Source: a virus (lineage: Duplodnaviria > Caudoviricetes). From it: DNA of 64,000 nucleotides. A program made the translations under genes and the position numbers. The notes below the pieces were generated by a model. That model worked only from the letters and a program-made list of their open reading frames with translations. It did no database searches and was not told the DNA's origin. The first letter of the stretch is position 1. Each line of letters starts with the position of its first letter. The DNA is taken from IMG/VR virus record IMGVR_UViG_3300042988_000067, positions 399 to 64,398 of that record, one strand, 5' to 3'. This document shows, piece after piece, positions 35,554-45,194 of the stretch.

Positions 35554-35949
35554 ATGAACATCCAGTCTATCGAGTACACGCAAGAAACTTTGGCTCAGGC
35601 ATGGCTTGACGCAAAGGCACGCGAAGCAGAAGCAGCCCGCGAGCGCATTGAAATTGAAAAGCAGCTGATCGAGGTTCTCGGTGAGCGCGACGAGGGTTCC
35701 AAGACCCACACCCTTGAGAACGGTGCCAAGGTGACAATCACCTCCCGCCTGTCCTACAAGGTTCCTGATCTGGACGCACTGCTGGAGGTGGTCAAGAAGT
35801 TGCCCGCCAAGCTCCGCCCGATCAAGACGGTTCTGGACGAGACCGGAGTGAAGTACCTGCGCGATCAGGAGCCGGAGCTGTACGCAGTGGTGGCCACGGC
35901 CATCGAGGTATCCAAGGCCAAGACCGGAGTGACGGTCAAGGCGGTTTAA
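35554..35949 (+). CDS. Conserved recombination-module protein
   Basis: Start MNIQSIE; LAQAWLDAK.RE..A...RIEIE...EGSKT; precedes the Sak4/SSB genes. Confidence 0.55.
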   Translation: MNIQSIEYTQETLAQAWLDAKAREAEAARERIEIEKQLIEVLGERDEGSKTHTLENGAKVTITSRLSYKVPDLDALLEVVKKLPAKLRPIKTVLDETGVKYLRDQEPELYAVVATAIEVSKAKTGVTVKAV

Positions 35950-35954
35950 CGAAC

Positions 35955-36145
35955 TAGGGGAACAAACGGCAGCGCCTACTCGCCCGAATAGCTAGGGTCG
36001 AAGCTCGGTAGGAAGCGCACGGTGACCCCTAACCATGCGACTGCTGGTGCCCCGAAAGGAACGGGGATTTCCTCCCAGCGACATCCGTAGGCAGGCGAGA
36101 GAACCTACGGCGACAAGCAGAGCCTGACAGGCCGGAGAGACGGCC
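35955..36145 (+). ncRNA. Large structured intergenic RNA (three domains), function unknown
   Basis: TAGGGG/CCCCTA, GCGC/GCGC and CTAC/GTAG; CCCCG/CGGGG, CCGTAGG/CCTACGG and CTGCT/AGCAG; GGCCG-GAGAGA-CGGCC. Confidence 0.55.
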
Positions 36146-36172
36146 ACAATTCAACTAACGAAGGAGGTAATT

Positions 36173-36550
36173 GTGAGCGAGAACGAGTTGATTATGCTTG
36201 CGAAAAAACATGAGCAGGTTTTCCGGAAAGATTTTATCGGATGGCTTTATGAAAATGTTCACGTATTTAAAGTCTTTGAAAGTCTTGCTGAGGCTCTGGC
36301 GGCACGCGGAAGAACGTACTACTCGGCAAGAACCATCATCGAGAAAATGCGTTTTGATCATGACGTTTCCGAGGTTAACACGGCATTCAAGATCAGTAAC
36401 AACATGGCCCCAGACATTGTCCGTCTTTACGTTTTAACTAGGCCACGTCGCGTGAACATGTTTTCATACATGAAGACATCGAAACGAGAAGACTTTAAGC
36501 AATACATTGATGATTTATTAACTAACGAGGGATCTGGCGATGGCATTTAA
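36173..36550 (+). CDS. Hypothetical phage protein (YSARTIIE motif)
   Basis: GTG start after AAGGAGG; N.HVF..FE...YSARTIIEKMR...FKISNN; lower GC. Confidence 0.6.
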   Translation: MSENELIMLAKKHEQVFRKDFIGWLYENVHVFKVFESLAEALAARGRTYYSARTIIEKMRFDHDVSEVNTAFKISNNMAPDIVRLYVLTRPRRVNMFSYMKTSKREDFKQYIDDLLTNEGSGDGI

Positions 36551-37277
36551 TCTTAACGCTGTACGGCGCTCGGAGGGCATGAAGGCTCCACGCGTCATGC
36601 TGTACGGCCCCCACGGTCTGGGCAAGACCACGTTCGGTGCCGGTGCACCTGACCCGATCTTCATTCTGACCGAGGATGGTCTCGGCCTTCTTGAGGTGGA
36701 TCACTTTCCGCTGGCCACATCGGTGGATGACGTGATGGAGGCAATCGGTTCGCTGTACACCGAGGATCACAATTTCAAGACTGTCGTGATCGACTCTCTG
36801 GACTGGATGGACAATCTGATCTGGAACTACATCAACCACAGCGGCAAGTACGCCGAGAAGGATCTGGCGTTCGGCAAGGGCGCTGTAATCGCTGCTGACA
36901 TGTGGCGCGACATTCTGGGCGGCCTGTCTGCCCTGCGGGATGACAAAGGCATGGCAATCATCATGCTGGCGCACTCCGAGATCAAGCGCTTCGACAGCCC
37001 AGAGGTAGAGCCTTACGAGCGCTACCAGCCAAAGTTGCAGGCACGCTCCAGCGCTCTGGTGCAGGAGTGGTGCGACGCGGTTTTCTTCACCAACTTCAAG
37101 ACCGTGGTGAAGAAGGAAGAGGTTGGCTTTAACAACCAAGTAGCACGAGGCATCACCACTGGTGAGCGCCTGATTTACACAACCGAGCGACCCGCTTACC
37201 TAGCGAAAAATCGCTTTAACCTGCCTGACCAACTCCCGCTTTCTTGGGACGCGTTCGCAGACCAACTATCTAAATAA
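36540..37277 (+). CDS. Sak4-like AAA ATPase / ssDNA annealing protein
   Basis: LYGPHGLGKTT (Walker A), VVIDSLD (Walker B), IMLAH, EWCDAV and AKNR; followed by an SSB gene. Confidence 0.85.
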   Translation: MAFNLNAVRRSEGMKAPRVMLYGPHGLGKTTFGAGAPDPIFILTEDGLGLLEVDHFPLATSVDDVMEAIGSLYTEDHNFKTVVIDSLDWMDNLIWNYINHSGKYAEKDLAFGKGAVIAADMWRDILGGLSALRDDKGMAIIMLAHSEIKRFDSPEVEPYERYQPKLQARSSALVQEWCDAVFFTNFKTVVKKEEVGFNNQVARGITTGERLIYTTERPAYLAKNRFNLPDQLPLSWDAFADQLSK

Positions 37278-37289
37278 GGAGCAGTAAAA

Positions 37290-37787
37290 ATGGCAAATCT
37301 TGGATTCCGTTTCAACGCAACAGAGGTCGAGCCGACCAGCACCTACGAACTGATTCCGGAGGGCGATTACCTCGCCATCATCACGGATTCGGAGGTGAAG
37401 GAAACGAAGGCACGAACCGGCTTCTATCTGCAACTGACGTTCGACATCATTGACGACAACAGCAAGGGCCGCAAGGTCTGGGCGCGTCTCAACATCCAGA
37501 ACAAGAACAAGACCGCAGAAGAGATCGGCCAGCGCGAGCTGTCGTCTGTGTGCCACGCTGTTGGCCACCTCGGTGATCTGGACGACACTGATGTCCTGCA
37601 CAACATCCCGCTGATCATTGGGGTGGAGTCTGAGGAGCGCTCAGACAAGGAAGGCAGCTACTCCAACGTCATCAAGACGTACAAGGCTGCCGGCGGTAGC
37701 AAGCCAGCCGCTGTGGCATCCAAGCCGAAGGCTGAGGCTCCGGCATCGTCTGGTGACGCCACGCCACCGTGGAAGAAAGGAAAATAG
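37290..37787 (+). CDS. ssDNA-binding protein (DUF669-like)
   Basis: LIPEGDY.A.I.DSEVKETK..G.YLQLTF.I...GRKVW.RLN; C-terminal PPWKK. Confidence 0.8.
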   Translation: MANLGFRFNATEVEPTSTYELIPEGDYLAIITDSEVKETKARTGFYLQLTFDIIDDNSKGRKVWARLNIQNKNKTAEEIGQRELSSVCHAVGHLGDLDDTDVLHNIPLIIGVESEERSDKEGSYSNVIKTYKAAGGSKPAAVASKPKAEAPASSGDATPPWKKGK

Positions 37788-37831
37788 TATAATATCTTTT
37801 AGGGGGAGGAATTAACCTCCCCCAGTAAAGG

Positions 37832-38404
37832 ATGATAATGAATATAGGTGATAAATTCGGAAGGTGGACTGTTCTGTCTTTTGATAAAAAAGTAGCACTA
37901 TGCCGCTGTGATTGTGGAGTTGTTAAGAATGTTAACAACCAAAACCTAAAAATTGGAAGCACAAAGTCTTGCGGGTGTTTTAGGTCAGAGCTATTAACTA
38001 CTCATGGAAAAAGCCGCTCTAGGGCATACAAAGCATGGGCTGGAATGAAGGATAGGTGCTACAACAAAAACAATCAGTATTTTCATGTTTATGGAGGGGC
38101 AGGAATCTCTGTTTGCGAAAGATGGCTAACTGGTTTTGATATGTTTTATCAAGACATGGGGGATCCACCCGATGGAATGTCTATAGACCGAATAAACAAC
38201 AAAGGCAATTATGAGCCATCTAACTGCAAGTGGTCGTCAGGCAGCGAACAATCAAGAAATACTAATCATGCAAAGCTAACTATTGAAATAGTAAGAAAAC
38301 TAAGGTCCGGTGAATTAACAGTTAAGGAAGTAATGAAATTAACTGGCTGCGTAGAGACAACAGCCAGAAATGCCAAAACTGGTAAAAAATGGAAAGAAAT
38401 ATAA
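37832..38404 (+). CDS. HNH homing endonuclease
   Basis: GDKFGRWTV...CRCDCG...TKSCGC...MKDRC...YGG.GI.VCERW...SIDRINNKGNYEPSNCKW; AT-rich. Confidence 0.85.
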   Translation: MIMNIGDKFGRWTVLSFDKKVALCRCDCGVVKNVNNQNLKIGSTKSCGCFRSELLTTHGKSRSRAYKAWAGMKDRCYNKNNQYFHVYGGAGISVCERWLTGFDMFYQDMGDPPDGMSIDRINNKGNYEPSNCKWSSGSEQSRNTNHAKLTIEIVRKLRSGELTVKEVMKLTGCVETTARNAKTGKKWKEI

Positions 38405-39573
38405 TGGCAAAACTACCAAAGCCAGTCGAACCCGTGACCACGGCAGACGCTATCGAGCGGATGTACAAGGCACGCGGTGACGCTGAAAAGAGCCGCCCGC
38501 ATCTGGGCGCATCAATTATTGGCCGAAAGTGTAAGCGCGCCATCTGGTACAGCTTCCGCTGGGCACTGCCAAGTGATCACAGCGGTCGCCTGTATCGCCT
38601 GTTCCAGCGTGGCCACCTTGAGGAGATCCAGTTCGTTAAGGATCTGCGCGACATCGGTGTCGAGGTCCACGAGTTTGACGACGACGGAAACCAGATCAGG
38701 TTCACTGACTGCGAGGGCCACATGGGTGGATCCTGTGACGGCATGGGCCGGAAGTTTCCGGAGGCGCCAAAGTCTTGGGCGGTGCTGGAGTTCAAGACGC
38801 ACGGTGAGAAGTCATTCAACGAGCTTGCGGCCAAGGGCGTAAAGGAGGCCAAGCCGGAGCACTACGTGCAGATGAACATGTACATGGGCTGGTCCGAGAC
38901 CGACCGCGCGCTGTACTTGGCCGTAAACAAGAACACCGACGCATTGCACTCCGAGTGGGTGCATTTCGACAAGCAGGTGTTTGAAGACAATGTGACCAAG
39001 GCCATGGGGATCATCATGTCAGCCGAGCCTCCTGAGAAGATCAGTCTGGATCCGGCATGGTTTGAGTGCAAGTTCTGCGATTACTACACGCTCTGCCACC
39101 AGAACAAGGTCGCCAAGCCGTCATGCCGCACCTGTGCGTCGTCAACGCCTGTCGCGGAGGGTCAGTGGTCATGCGACAAGTTTAAATCGGTCATACCGCT
39201 TGAAAACCAGTATGACGGGTGCGCAGAGCATGTGTTTATCCCGCCGCTGATCCCGTATGGTGATCCGCAAGACTTTAATGGCGGTGGCGTCCTTTACATC
39301 AACAAGGTCAATGGCCAGCAGTTCTTCAACGGCGGAGACACTTCATTCCCTGCCGTACCGGAGGCCACAGATCGTGAGAAGGTCAAAGACAAGGTTGAGG
39401 GTGTCAATTATTCGACGGTCATTCCTGACGCGCCGATTGTGTACAGCTCCGAGGAGCTTTATGCATGCCCGCCTAACCTTGTCGGAGATAAGGGGCTGGA
39501 CAGCCTGAAGGCCGCGTTTGGTGGCCGTGTGTCCGGCGGTATTGAACTGGATGAGGATGAGGTGCCATTTTGA
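38404..39573 (+). CDS. Cas4-like PD-(D/E)xK exonuclease
   Basis: RPHLGASIIG..CKR.IWY, GSCDG...LEFKT, QMNMY and CKFC Fe-S-type cysteines; start MAKLP overlaps the HNH stop (TAATG). Confidence 0.85.
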   Translation: MAKLPKPVEPVTTADAIERMYKARGDAEKSRPHLGASIIGRKCKRAIWYSFRWALPSDHSGRLYRLFQRGHLEEIQFVKDLRDIGVEVHEFDDDGNQIRFTDCEGHMGGSCDGMGRKFPEAPKSWAVLEFKTHGEKSFNELAAKGVKEAKPEHYVQMNMYMGWSETDRALYLAVNKNTDALHSEWVHFDKQVFEDNVTKAMGIIMSAEPPEKISLDPAWFECKFCDYYTLCHQNKVAKPSCRTCASSTPVAEGQWSCDKFKSVIPLENQYDGCAEHVFIPPLIPYGDPQDFNGGGVLYINKVNGQQFFNGGDTSFPAVPEATDREKVKDKVEGVNYSTVIPDAPIVYSSEELYACPPNLVGDKGLDSLKAAFGGRVSGGIELDEDEVPF

Positions 39574-41150
39574 TCAAGCTACGCGATTATCAACGGGGTT
39601 CAATTGATAGCGTCCACAAGTGGTTCAACGACGGGCGTAACAACCCGCTCGTTGTCCTGCCGACTGGGGCCGGAAAGTCGGTCGTTCTGGCCGAGTTTAT
39701 CCGCGAGGCCATCGAGGAATTTCCGTCAACCCATATCCTTGTGCTTACCCACAGCAAGGAACTGATCCAGCAGGACTACGATGCCATCAAGCGGTCCCTG
39801 CCACGGGTGCCGATTGGCATTTACTCGGCAGGCATCGGGAAGCGCCAGATCAAGCAGGTGACGGTGGCCGGCATCCAGTCGGTGTACAAGAAGGAGGAGT
39901 TCTACGGATCCTTCGACCTGATCATCGTGGACGAGGCTCACCTGATCCCGCACTCCAGCGACGGCATGTACCGGAAGCTGCTGGATAGCTCTCTGGCCGT
40001 CAACGAGCACGTCAAGGTTATCGGCCTCACGGCGACCCCGTACCGGCTCGATAGCGGCATGCTGCACGAGGGCGAGGGCGCTATCTTCGACGGGGTCTCT
40101 TATGAGGCCAACGTCGGGGATCTGGTCAACGCTGGGTACCTGTGCAAACTGACCGCGCGCCATGGTGCTGACGTTGATCTGGATGGCGTCAGGACGACCG
40201 GCGGGGACTACAACATCGGCCAGCTGGGCGAGCGCATGTCAGCCGTCGAGCTGGTCAACGAGCACTGCGACCGGATCCTTGAGCTGTGCGACGACCGCAA
40301 GTCGTGGCTGATCTTCTGCGTCACCATTGACCACGCAGTAAGCGTCAGGCAGGCTCTTATGGAGCGCGGAATCGCCGTCGAGATGGTGAACGGTGAGACG
40401 CCGAAGACGGTGCGCGAGGAGCATCTGGCCAACTTCAAGTCTGGAAACCTGCGGGCGCTGGTTAACGTCGGGGTGCTGACGACTGGGTTCGACTATCCGG
40501 CGCTGGACTGCATCATCATCATCCGGCCAACCCAGAGTCCGGGGCTGTTTGTCCAGATGGCCGGTCGCGGCCTGCGCAAGCATGAGAGCAAGGAAGACAC
40601 CCTGCTACTGGACTTTGGCGGCAACATCCGGCGCCATGGCCTGATTGACCGGATCGTCGGACCGCGTCGGAGGGGTGCTGGTAAGGGCGCTGGGGTAGCC
40701 CCCACCAAGGAATGCCCAGAGTGTGGGGTCGAGTGCTTCATCAACAGCCTGAACTGTCAGTGCGGCTACGAATTTCCGATAAAGGAGCGCGAGGCAGAGC
40801 GCATGCATCATACCGGCGCCGTGATGGCCGTGGACATGAAGCACGTAGACATGAACGTGTCGCAGGTGACCTACGCCAAGCACATCACCAAGGCAGGCGC
40901 GCCATGCGTCAGGGCAGACTACTGGGCTGGGGTGAAGCGGATCTCGGAGTACATCCTGTTTGAGCACCAAGGGTACGCGCGCGCCAAGGCAATCAACTGG
41001 TGGCTTACGCGCCAGCCTGATGGGGAGCATATCCAAGCTCCGGCCAATGCCGAGGAGGCAATGAGCAATATCGAGCGCCTGAAGAAGCCGAAGGCCATCA
41101 CGGTGGACATGAGGGATAAATATCCATCAATCATAAAATATCAGTTCTAA
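39570..41150 (+). CDS. SF2 DEAH helicase (RadD/UvsW-like) with Zn finger
   Basis: LRDYQ, LPTGAGKS, DEAH, GLTATP, LTTGFD, QMAGRGLR, CPEC. Confidence 0.9.
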   Translation: MIKLRDYQRGSIDSVHKWFNDGRNNPLVVLPTGAGKSVVLAEFIREAIEEFPSTHILVLTHSKELIQQDYDAIKRSLPRVPIGIYSAGIGKRQIKQVTVAGIQSVYKKEEFYGSFDLIIVDEAHLIPHSSDGMYRKLLDSSLAVNEHVKVIGLTATPYRLDSGMLHEGEGAIFDGVSYEANVGDLVNAGYLCKLTARHGADVDLDGVRTTGGDYNIGQLGERMSAVELVNEHCDRILELCDDRKSWLIFCVTIDHAVSVRQALMERGIAVEMVNGETPKTVREEHLANFKSGNLRALVNVGVLTTGFDYPALDCIIIIRPTQSPGLFVQMAGRGLRKHESKEDTLLLDFGGNIRRHGLIDRIVGPRRRGAGKGAGVAPTKECPECGVECFINSLNCQCGYEFPIKEREAERMHHTGAVMAVDMKHVDMNVSQVTYAKHITKAGAPCVRADYWAGVKRISEYILFEHQGYARAKAINWWLTRQPDGEHIQAPANAEEAMSNIERLKKPKAITVDMRDKYPSIIKYQF

Positions 41151-41154
41151 AGTG

Positions 41155-41182
41155 TTGACACGGGTTTTTAAATATGGATAAT
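41155..41182 (+). promoter_or_regulatory. Sigma70 promoter P6
   Basis: AAAGTG-TTGACA-16-GATAAT. Confidence 0.65.
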
Positions 41183-41223
41183 GGCAACTGTTGTGAACAC
41201 TTTAAACATAACTGGAGAAACGA

Positions 41224-41454
41224 ATGAACAACGACCGCCGCAAATTGATCACCGCCCTGCATGGTCAGCTTGATGACATCAAGGGCCAGATCGAGCAGCT
41301 CCGCGATGAGGAGCAAGATGCCTACGACAACCTGCCTGAATCCTTTCAGAACGGTGACAAGGGTCAGCTGGCTCAGGAAGCCATCGACAATCTTGAGAAC
41401 GCAGTTAACTCCTGCGATGAGGCATTGACCTACTTGGACGATGCCAGCGTTTAA
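41224..41454 (+). CDS. Small acidic helical phage protein
   Basis: MNNDRRK...DEEQDAYDNLPESFQ..DKG. Confidence 0.6.
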   Translation: MNNDRRKLITALHGQLDDIKGQIEQLRDEEQDAYDNLPESFQNGDKGQLAQEAIDNLENAVNSCDEALTYLDDASV

Positions 41455-41491
41455 CCAAAGCAGCAAACTAACTAACTAACTGGAGAACGAC

Positions 41492-41842
41492 ATGGAAACT
41501 CAATCACTGAAAGTCATCAAGGAGCGCCGCTTCTTTAACAAGCTGGCAAAGTACAACTTGGATCTGGAGCTTGACGGCCACTTTCGTAACGGACCGCATC
41601 CGGACAGCATCATCAACCGCCGTAACCAGCTGATCGAGGAGATCGAGCTGAACCAGACTCCGGAAGGAAAGCTGGAGGTGTTCACTGAAGGCGGTGGCGC
41701 CCAGTGCGAGTTGATTGACGCGACCCACATCGCATTCATTCAGCACCACAAAAAAGAGAGCGAGCGTCTTGGCCGCTGGGCCAAGGTTGGGATCGTTTTT
41801 CGCCATCATAAGTATCACGCAGACAGGGATTCGGCATTATGA
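41492..41842 (+). CDS. Hypothetical protein
   Basis: CTAA leader plus GGAGAACGACATG. Confidence 0.55.
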   Translation: METQSLKVIKERRFFNKLAKYNLDLELDGHFRNGPHPDSIINRRNQLIEEIELNQTPEGKLEVFTEGGGAQCELIDATHIAFIQHHKKESERLGRWAKVGIVFRHHKYHADRDSAL

Positions 41843-42033
41843 AATTGAGCCTCATTCCTGACGGCCTGCTTGCCGAGTTTATGGCGGTGATGCAGGCCAA
41901 CGATGACGACGATGCGCCTGACGGTGCATGGTGGGCCAGACTTCATGAGACGGCTGAAAAGTTCATGAAGGATAACGGCATCAAGGGAGATGCCGGAGAT
42001 GCAATCATTCAGTACACAAGGGGATTTAAATGA
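41839..42033 (+). CDS. Hypothetical protein
   Basis: 64 aa, ATGA-coupled; DAPDGAWW motif. Confidence 0.5.
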   Translation: MKLSLIPDGLLAEFMAVMQANDDDDAPDGAWWARLHETAEKFMKDNGIKGDAGDAIIQYTRGFK

Positions 42034-42206
42034 ACACGCCATGGGGAACAAAGAAGGAGCGCTGCCAGAAGCTGTTGATCTGCGTTAAGTGCCAGAAACC
42101 GGTTGAGAAGCATATTCACACCGATGCTGGGTGGGCCGAATACAAGATCACCGGCCTGTGCGAAGACTGTTTTGATGAGATTACAGGAGGCGAAGATGAG
42201 GAATAG
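42030..42206 (+). CDS. Small Zn-finger protein (58 aa)
   Basis: Manual translation MNTPWG...CVKC...EYKITGLCEDCFD; ATGA-coupled. Confidence 0.55.
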   Translation: MNTPWGTKKERCQKLLICVKCQKPVEKHIHTDAGWAEYKITGLCEDCFDEITGGEDEE

Positions 42207-42982
42207 ATTTCCAGCACCATACAGCCTGTGCAAACGGGCCATTGCTAACCACCCCACGTCGCGCCATAACCAGCGTGAGTGGATCCGCGCAGTGATTTAC
42301 CTGCGCACCAGACCGCAAGGAAGCATCTGGCTTTTGGACAAACAATTTGGGAGAGTTAATCATGGATAAGGTTATTGCATACATCTGCTGCGCACTGTTG
42401 TTCTTTTTCTTGGGGATGGACTGGCAGAGCTACACCCATCACCTGAACGAAGCGAAGGCAAAGGAGGTGCATTGTGGCGCTGTTAGTTTATAGCAACGGC
42501 ATGGACGTGCGGGTTGCGACGGTGCGGGATGATTCTGTTTTGTTTGAGTCGTTTGTCGTCAACCATCCGCTGAACGCTATGCAGCCAGTGGTGTGGGAGT
42601 TTTGCGGGGATGACAATAACTACCGCAAACGGTGCAAGGAGCTTGAGGCAGAAAACCAGCATCTCCAGCAGGTTGCCAATGATGTGGTCGCCCAGAGGCT
42701 GCTGCTTGAAAATGAGCTGTACAAGCTGCGCGAGGACAACACGGCAATGCACGCCAAGATCACCAAGGCGTATCAGGTGCTCGTATGACGACCGGTTCGT
42801 ATAATGAGGGGAACAGGGAGGCCGAAAAGCGAGAACGCAACAAGGCTCTTCCTGTTGGCGGGATGTTTACGATGATCTGCGCCAAGTGCAAGCAGTCTAA
42901 ATTAATCGCGCGCGGCAGGGTTCGCCTGAAGCCAAAGCGCCATCTTATTTGCAGAGAGTGTTTGGAGAAAGAGAATGTCTAA
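42196..42982 (+). CDS. Run of small coupled hypothetical ORFs (42196-42369, from 42362, 42474-42788, 42785-42982)
   Basis: Overlapping start/stop codons; one has a TM segment and one a CxxC..CxxC motif. Confidence 0.4.
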
Positions 42983-43406
42983 AGAATATCTTTCTGGCCG
43001 AGTGAAGCGGCCAAAGTCGCCGTCAGGTAGCGTCGAAGCGAGAATCATCAAGGCGCTCCATGCCGATTCGTTTTTGTCGAACAAAGAGATCTCGGAGATC
43101 ACTGGGGTTGACCGCAGCACGGTCACCAGAAACACGAAGAGGCTCACCGACATGGGGATCCTGCGTATCAGCGGGGAGGGGCTCACAGAGAGCCGGACAA
43201 ACAAGTTTTTCTATTTTGCTCTGGTAAAGGCGAGCACCCCGATCCCGATTGTCGAGTACAAGCAGAACAGGGCCATCATGAGCGACGACACGCGCAAGAT
43301 CAAGCGTAGCAGCTGCTCGACCGAGGATGTCCCGTATCTTAACTGGTGGGAGGGAGGTGGACTGTATGAGAACTTGGGCGACAAAGAAGCCAGACTGGCT
43401 GCTTGA
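42975..43406 (+). CDS. Winged-helix DNA-binding protein
   Basis: LSNKEISEITGVDRSTVTRNTKRLTDMGIL (MarR-like HTH). Confidence 0.7.
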   Translation: MSKEYLSGRVKRPKSPSGSVEARIIKALHADSFLSNKEISEITGVDRSTVTRNTKRLTDMGILRISGEGLTESRTNKFFYFALVKASTPIPIVEYKQNRAIMSDDTRKIKRSSCSTEDVPYLNWWEGGGLYENLGDKEARLAA

Positions 43407-43611
43407 TTCACAAAAACTTGTGAGGGAGATGGAACATGTTAAACCACTCGGACGAGACACTGTGGTACGCCACAATCCTGAGCCTAATTTTCGTATTGCT
43501 AGTTACGGGGTACGGGCTAGGAAACTTTCAAACCGAACGGACGGCAGAGTGTTCGGTGACTTTAAAAGATGGGTTCGGAAACAAACACGTCTGGCTGACG
43601 AGGTGTGAATT

Positions 43612-45194
43612 ATGATCGACCTAACTACAGAGTGCGCAGGATGTGAGTATCTCCGCAAAGAGAACATCGAACACGCATTGCGTATCGACACACTTGAGCG
43701 AGAACTAACCGCCGAGCGTGAACTATCCAAGAGTCTGTATGAGGCGTTGACGTGGGCGATAGGAAACCTGACAGAGTATGGGCATCATCAAATGCTTGCA
43801 TACCCAGAAACGGGCGTGCTTGAAGCCATCGCAGAATATGAGAGGAAAGAGAAATGACCGAATCCGAAATCATAGAACTAGCCAAGAAGAACGGGGCTAA
43901 ACCGTCATCGAGAATAACAAAGTATGAACTTATATTTGACGACGAACAACTCCTCTCCTTCGCCACCGAGATACGGAACAGGACGTTGGACGAGGCCATC
44001 AAGTATGTTGACGAACAAGGCATGGCAGGGGCAGACAGGTTGAGAACAGTACACGCCTTGCGAAAGATGAAGGGAGATGAGAAATGAGTGACTTTAACGC
44101 GCATATAAGCGACGAAATAATGATCGACAGCCTGACGAAAGAGAACGAATCCCTCCGCGCCAAGGTGAAGGAGTTGGAAGCGCAGAACACGTTACTGCAC
44201 AAAGGTTGTTCCGACATGGAGGATTCAGTCGATGGACTTCAAACAGAGAACGACCAACTCCGCTCCAAGGTTGCGGAACTGGAAGCCGGATACAAGACCG
44301 CCGTGGATATGTATTCAGTCGAGTGCGATAAAAACGAACAACTCCGTTCCATGATCAGCGAGATTGTGGATGCGTGGGATGCAGAAGTGATGGCGGTGCG
44401 GATTGAAAAGGCACGGGAGGCACTTAAATGACAGAAGAAACGAAGCCGGTGGCAGAGAACGGCCAATGGACAATTGGAAAAGACGACGATGGTAGATACT
44501 TCGTTGAGTCGTCTGACTTCACCCACGACGTTCGGCTATACCTGAATGGTGACTTTGAATCAGGTGAGCAGAGGTATCACTACTGCGGAGAGATTATTCG
44601 TAGACTGAACAACCAACCAAAGCCAGAATCAGTTGAGCTTGTTGGCTATTGGCAAGGAAAGTTTAGCGATGATGGAGGCGCGACATTGTACGAAGTCCCG
44701 CAAGAGTCATGCTTCGGGCACAAGTATCCGAACAAGCCACTCTACACCCAATCCACCACAGTCCAAGCCGCAGTATCAGCGGCACTTCGGAAGGCGGCGG
44801 AAGTGTGTGATGTGGAGCAGCGGTCAATGATGGACGATTACTCGCAGGGATTTCAGGATGCCAAGAACCAATCCTATGATGCAATCCTCGCCCTGCCCAA
44901 TGACGATAGCGCCCTTCGTGAACTGTGCTTGCGGGTACTGGACGAGTGGGAGTTGTCGCCGACAGCGGCGCATAGCGACATCGTTGACTGTGTGCTTGGG
45001 GAGGGGAAATGAAGTACAAACAACGCCAAGACGGAGAAGGGTTTGAAGTGCCGCTAGGAGAGGTGTATCGCATCGCTTGCTGTGACTGTGGCCTTGTCCA
45101 TGACTTTGTTTTTGTTGTTGAGGATGGCAAGTTGGGCGTAGCGGCAAAGCGTAACAACAGAGCAACGGCAGCGAGAAGGAGGAAGTTAAAGTGA
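43612..45194 (+). CDS. Run of small coupled hypothetical ORFs (43612-43857, 43854-44087, 44084-44431, 44428-45012, 45009-45194)
   Basis: ATGA overlaps at each junction; typical variable phage accessory genes. Confidence 0.5.

Noticed and set aside
30604-35556. CTAACTAAC repeats as a CRISPR or mini-array
   Set aside because: Copies are short, variable, separated by whole genes and always adjacent to an RBS
35955-36145. tRNA, tmRNA or group I intron
   Set aside because: No cloverleaf with T-loop GTTCRA/CCA, no interrupted gene and no recognisable P7 core
38404-39573. CRISPR-Cas system suggested by the Cas4-like gene
   Set aside because: No repeat-spacer array or other cas genes; the gene sits in a standard Sak4-SSB-exonuclease-helicase module
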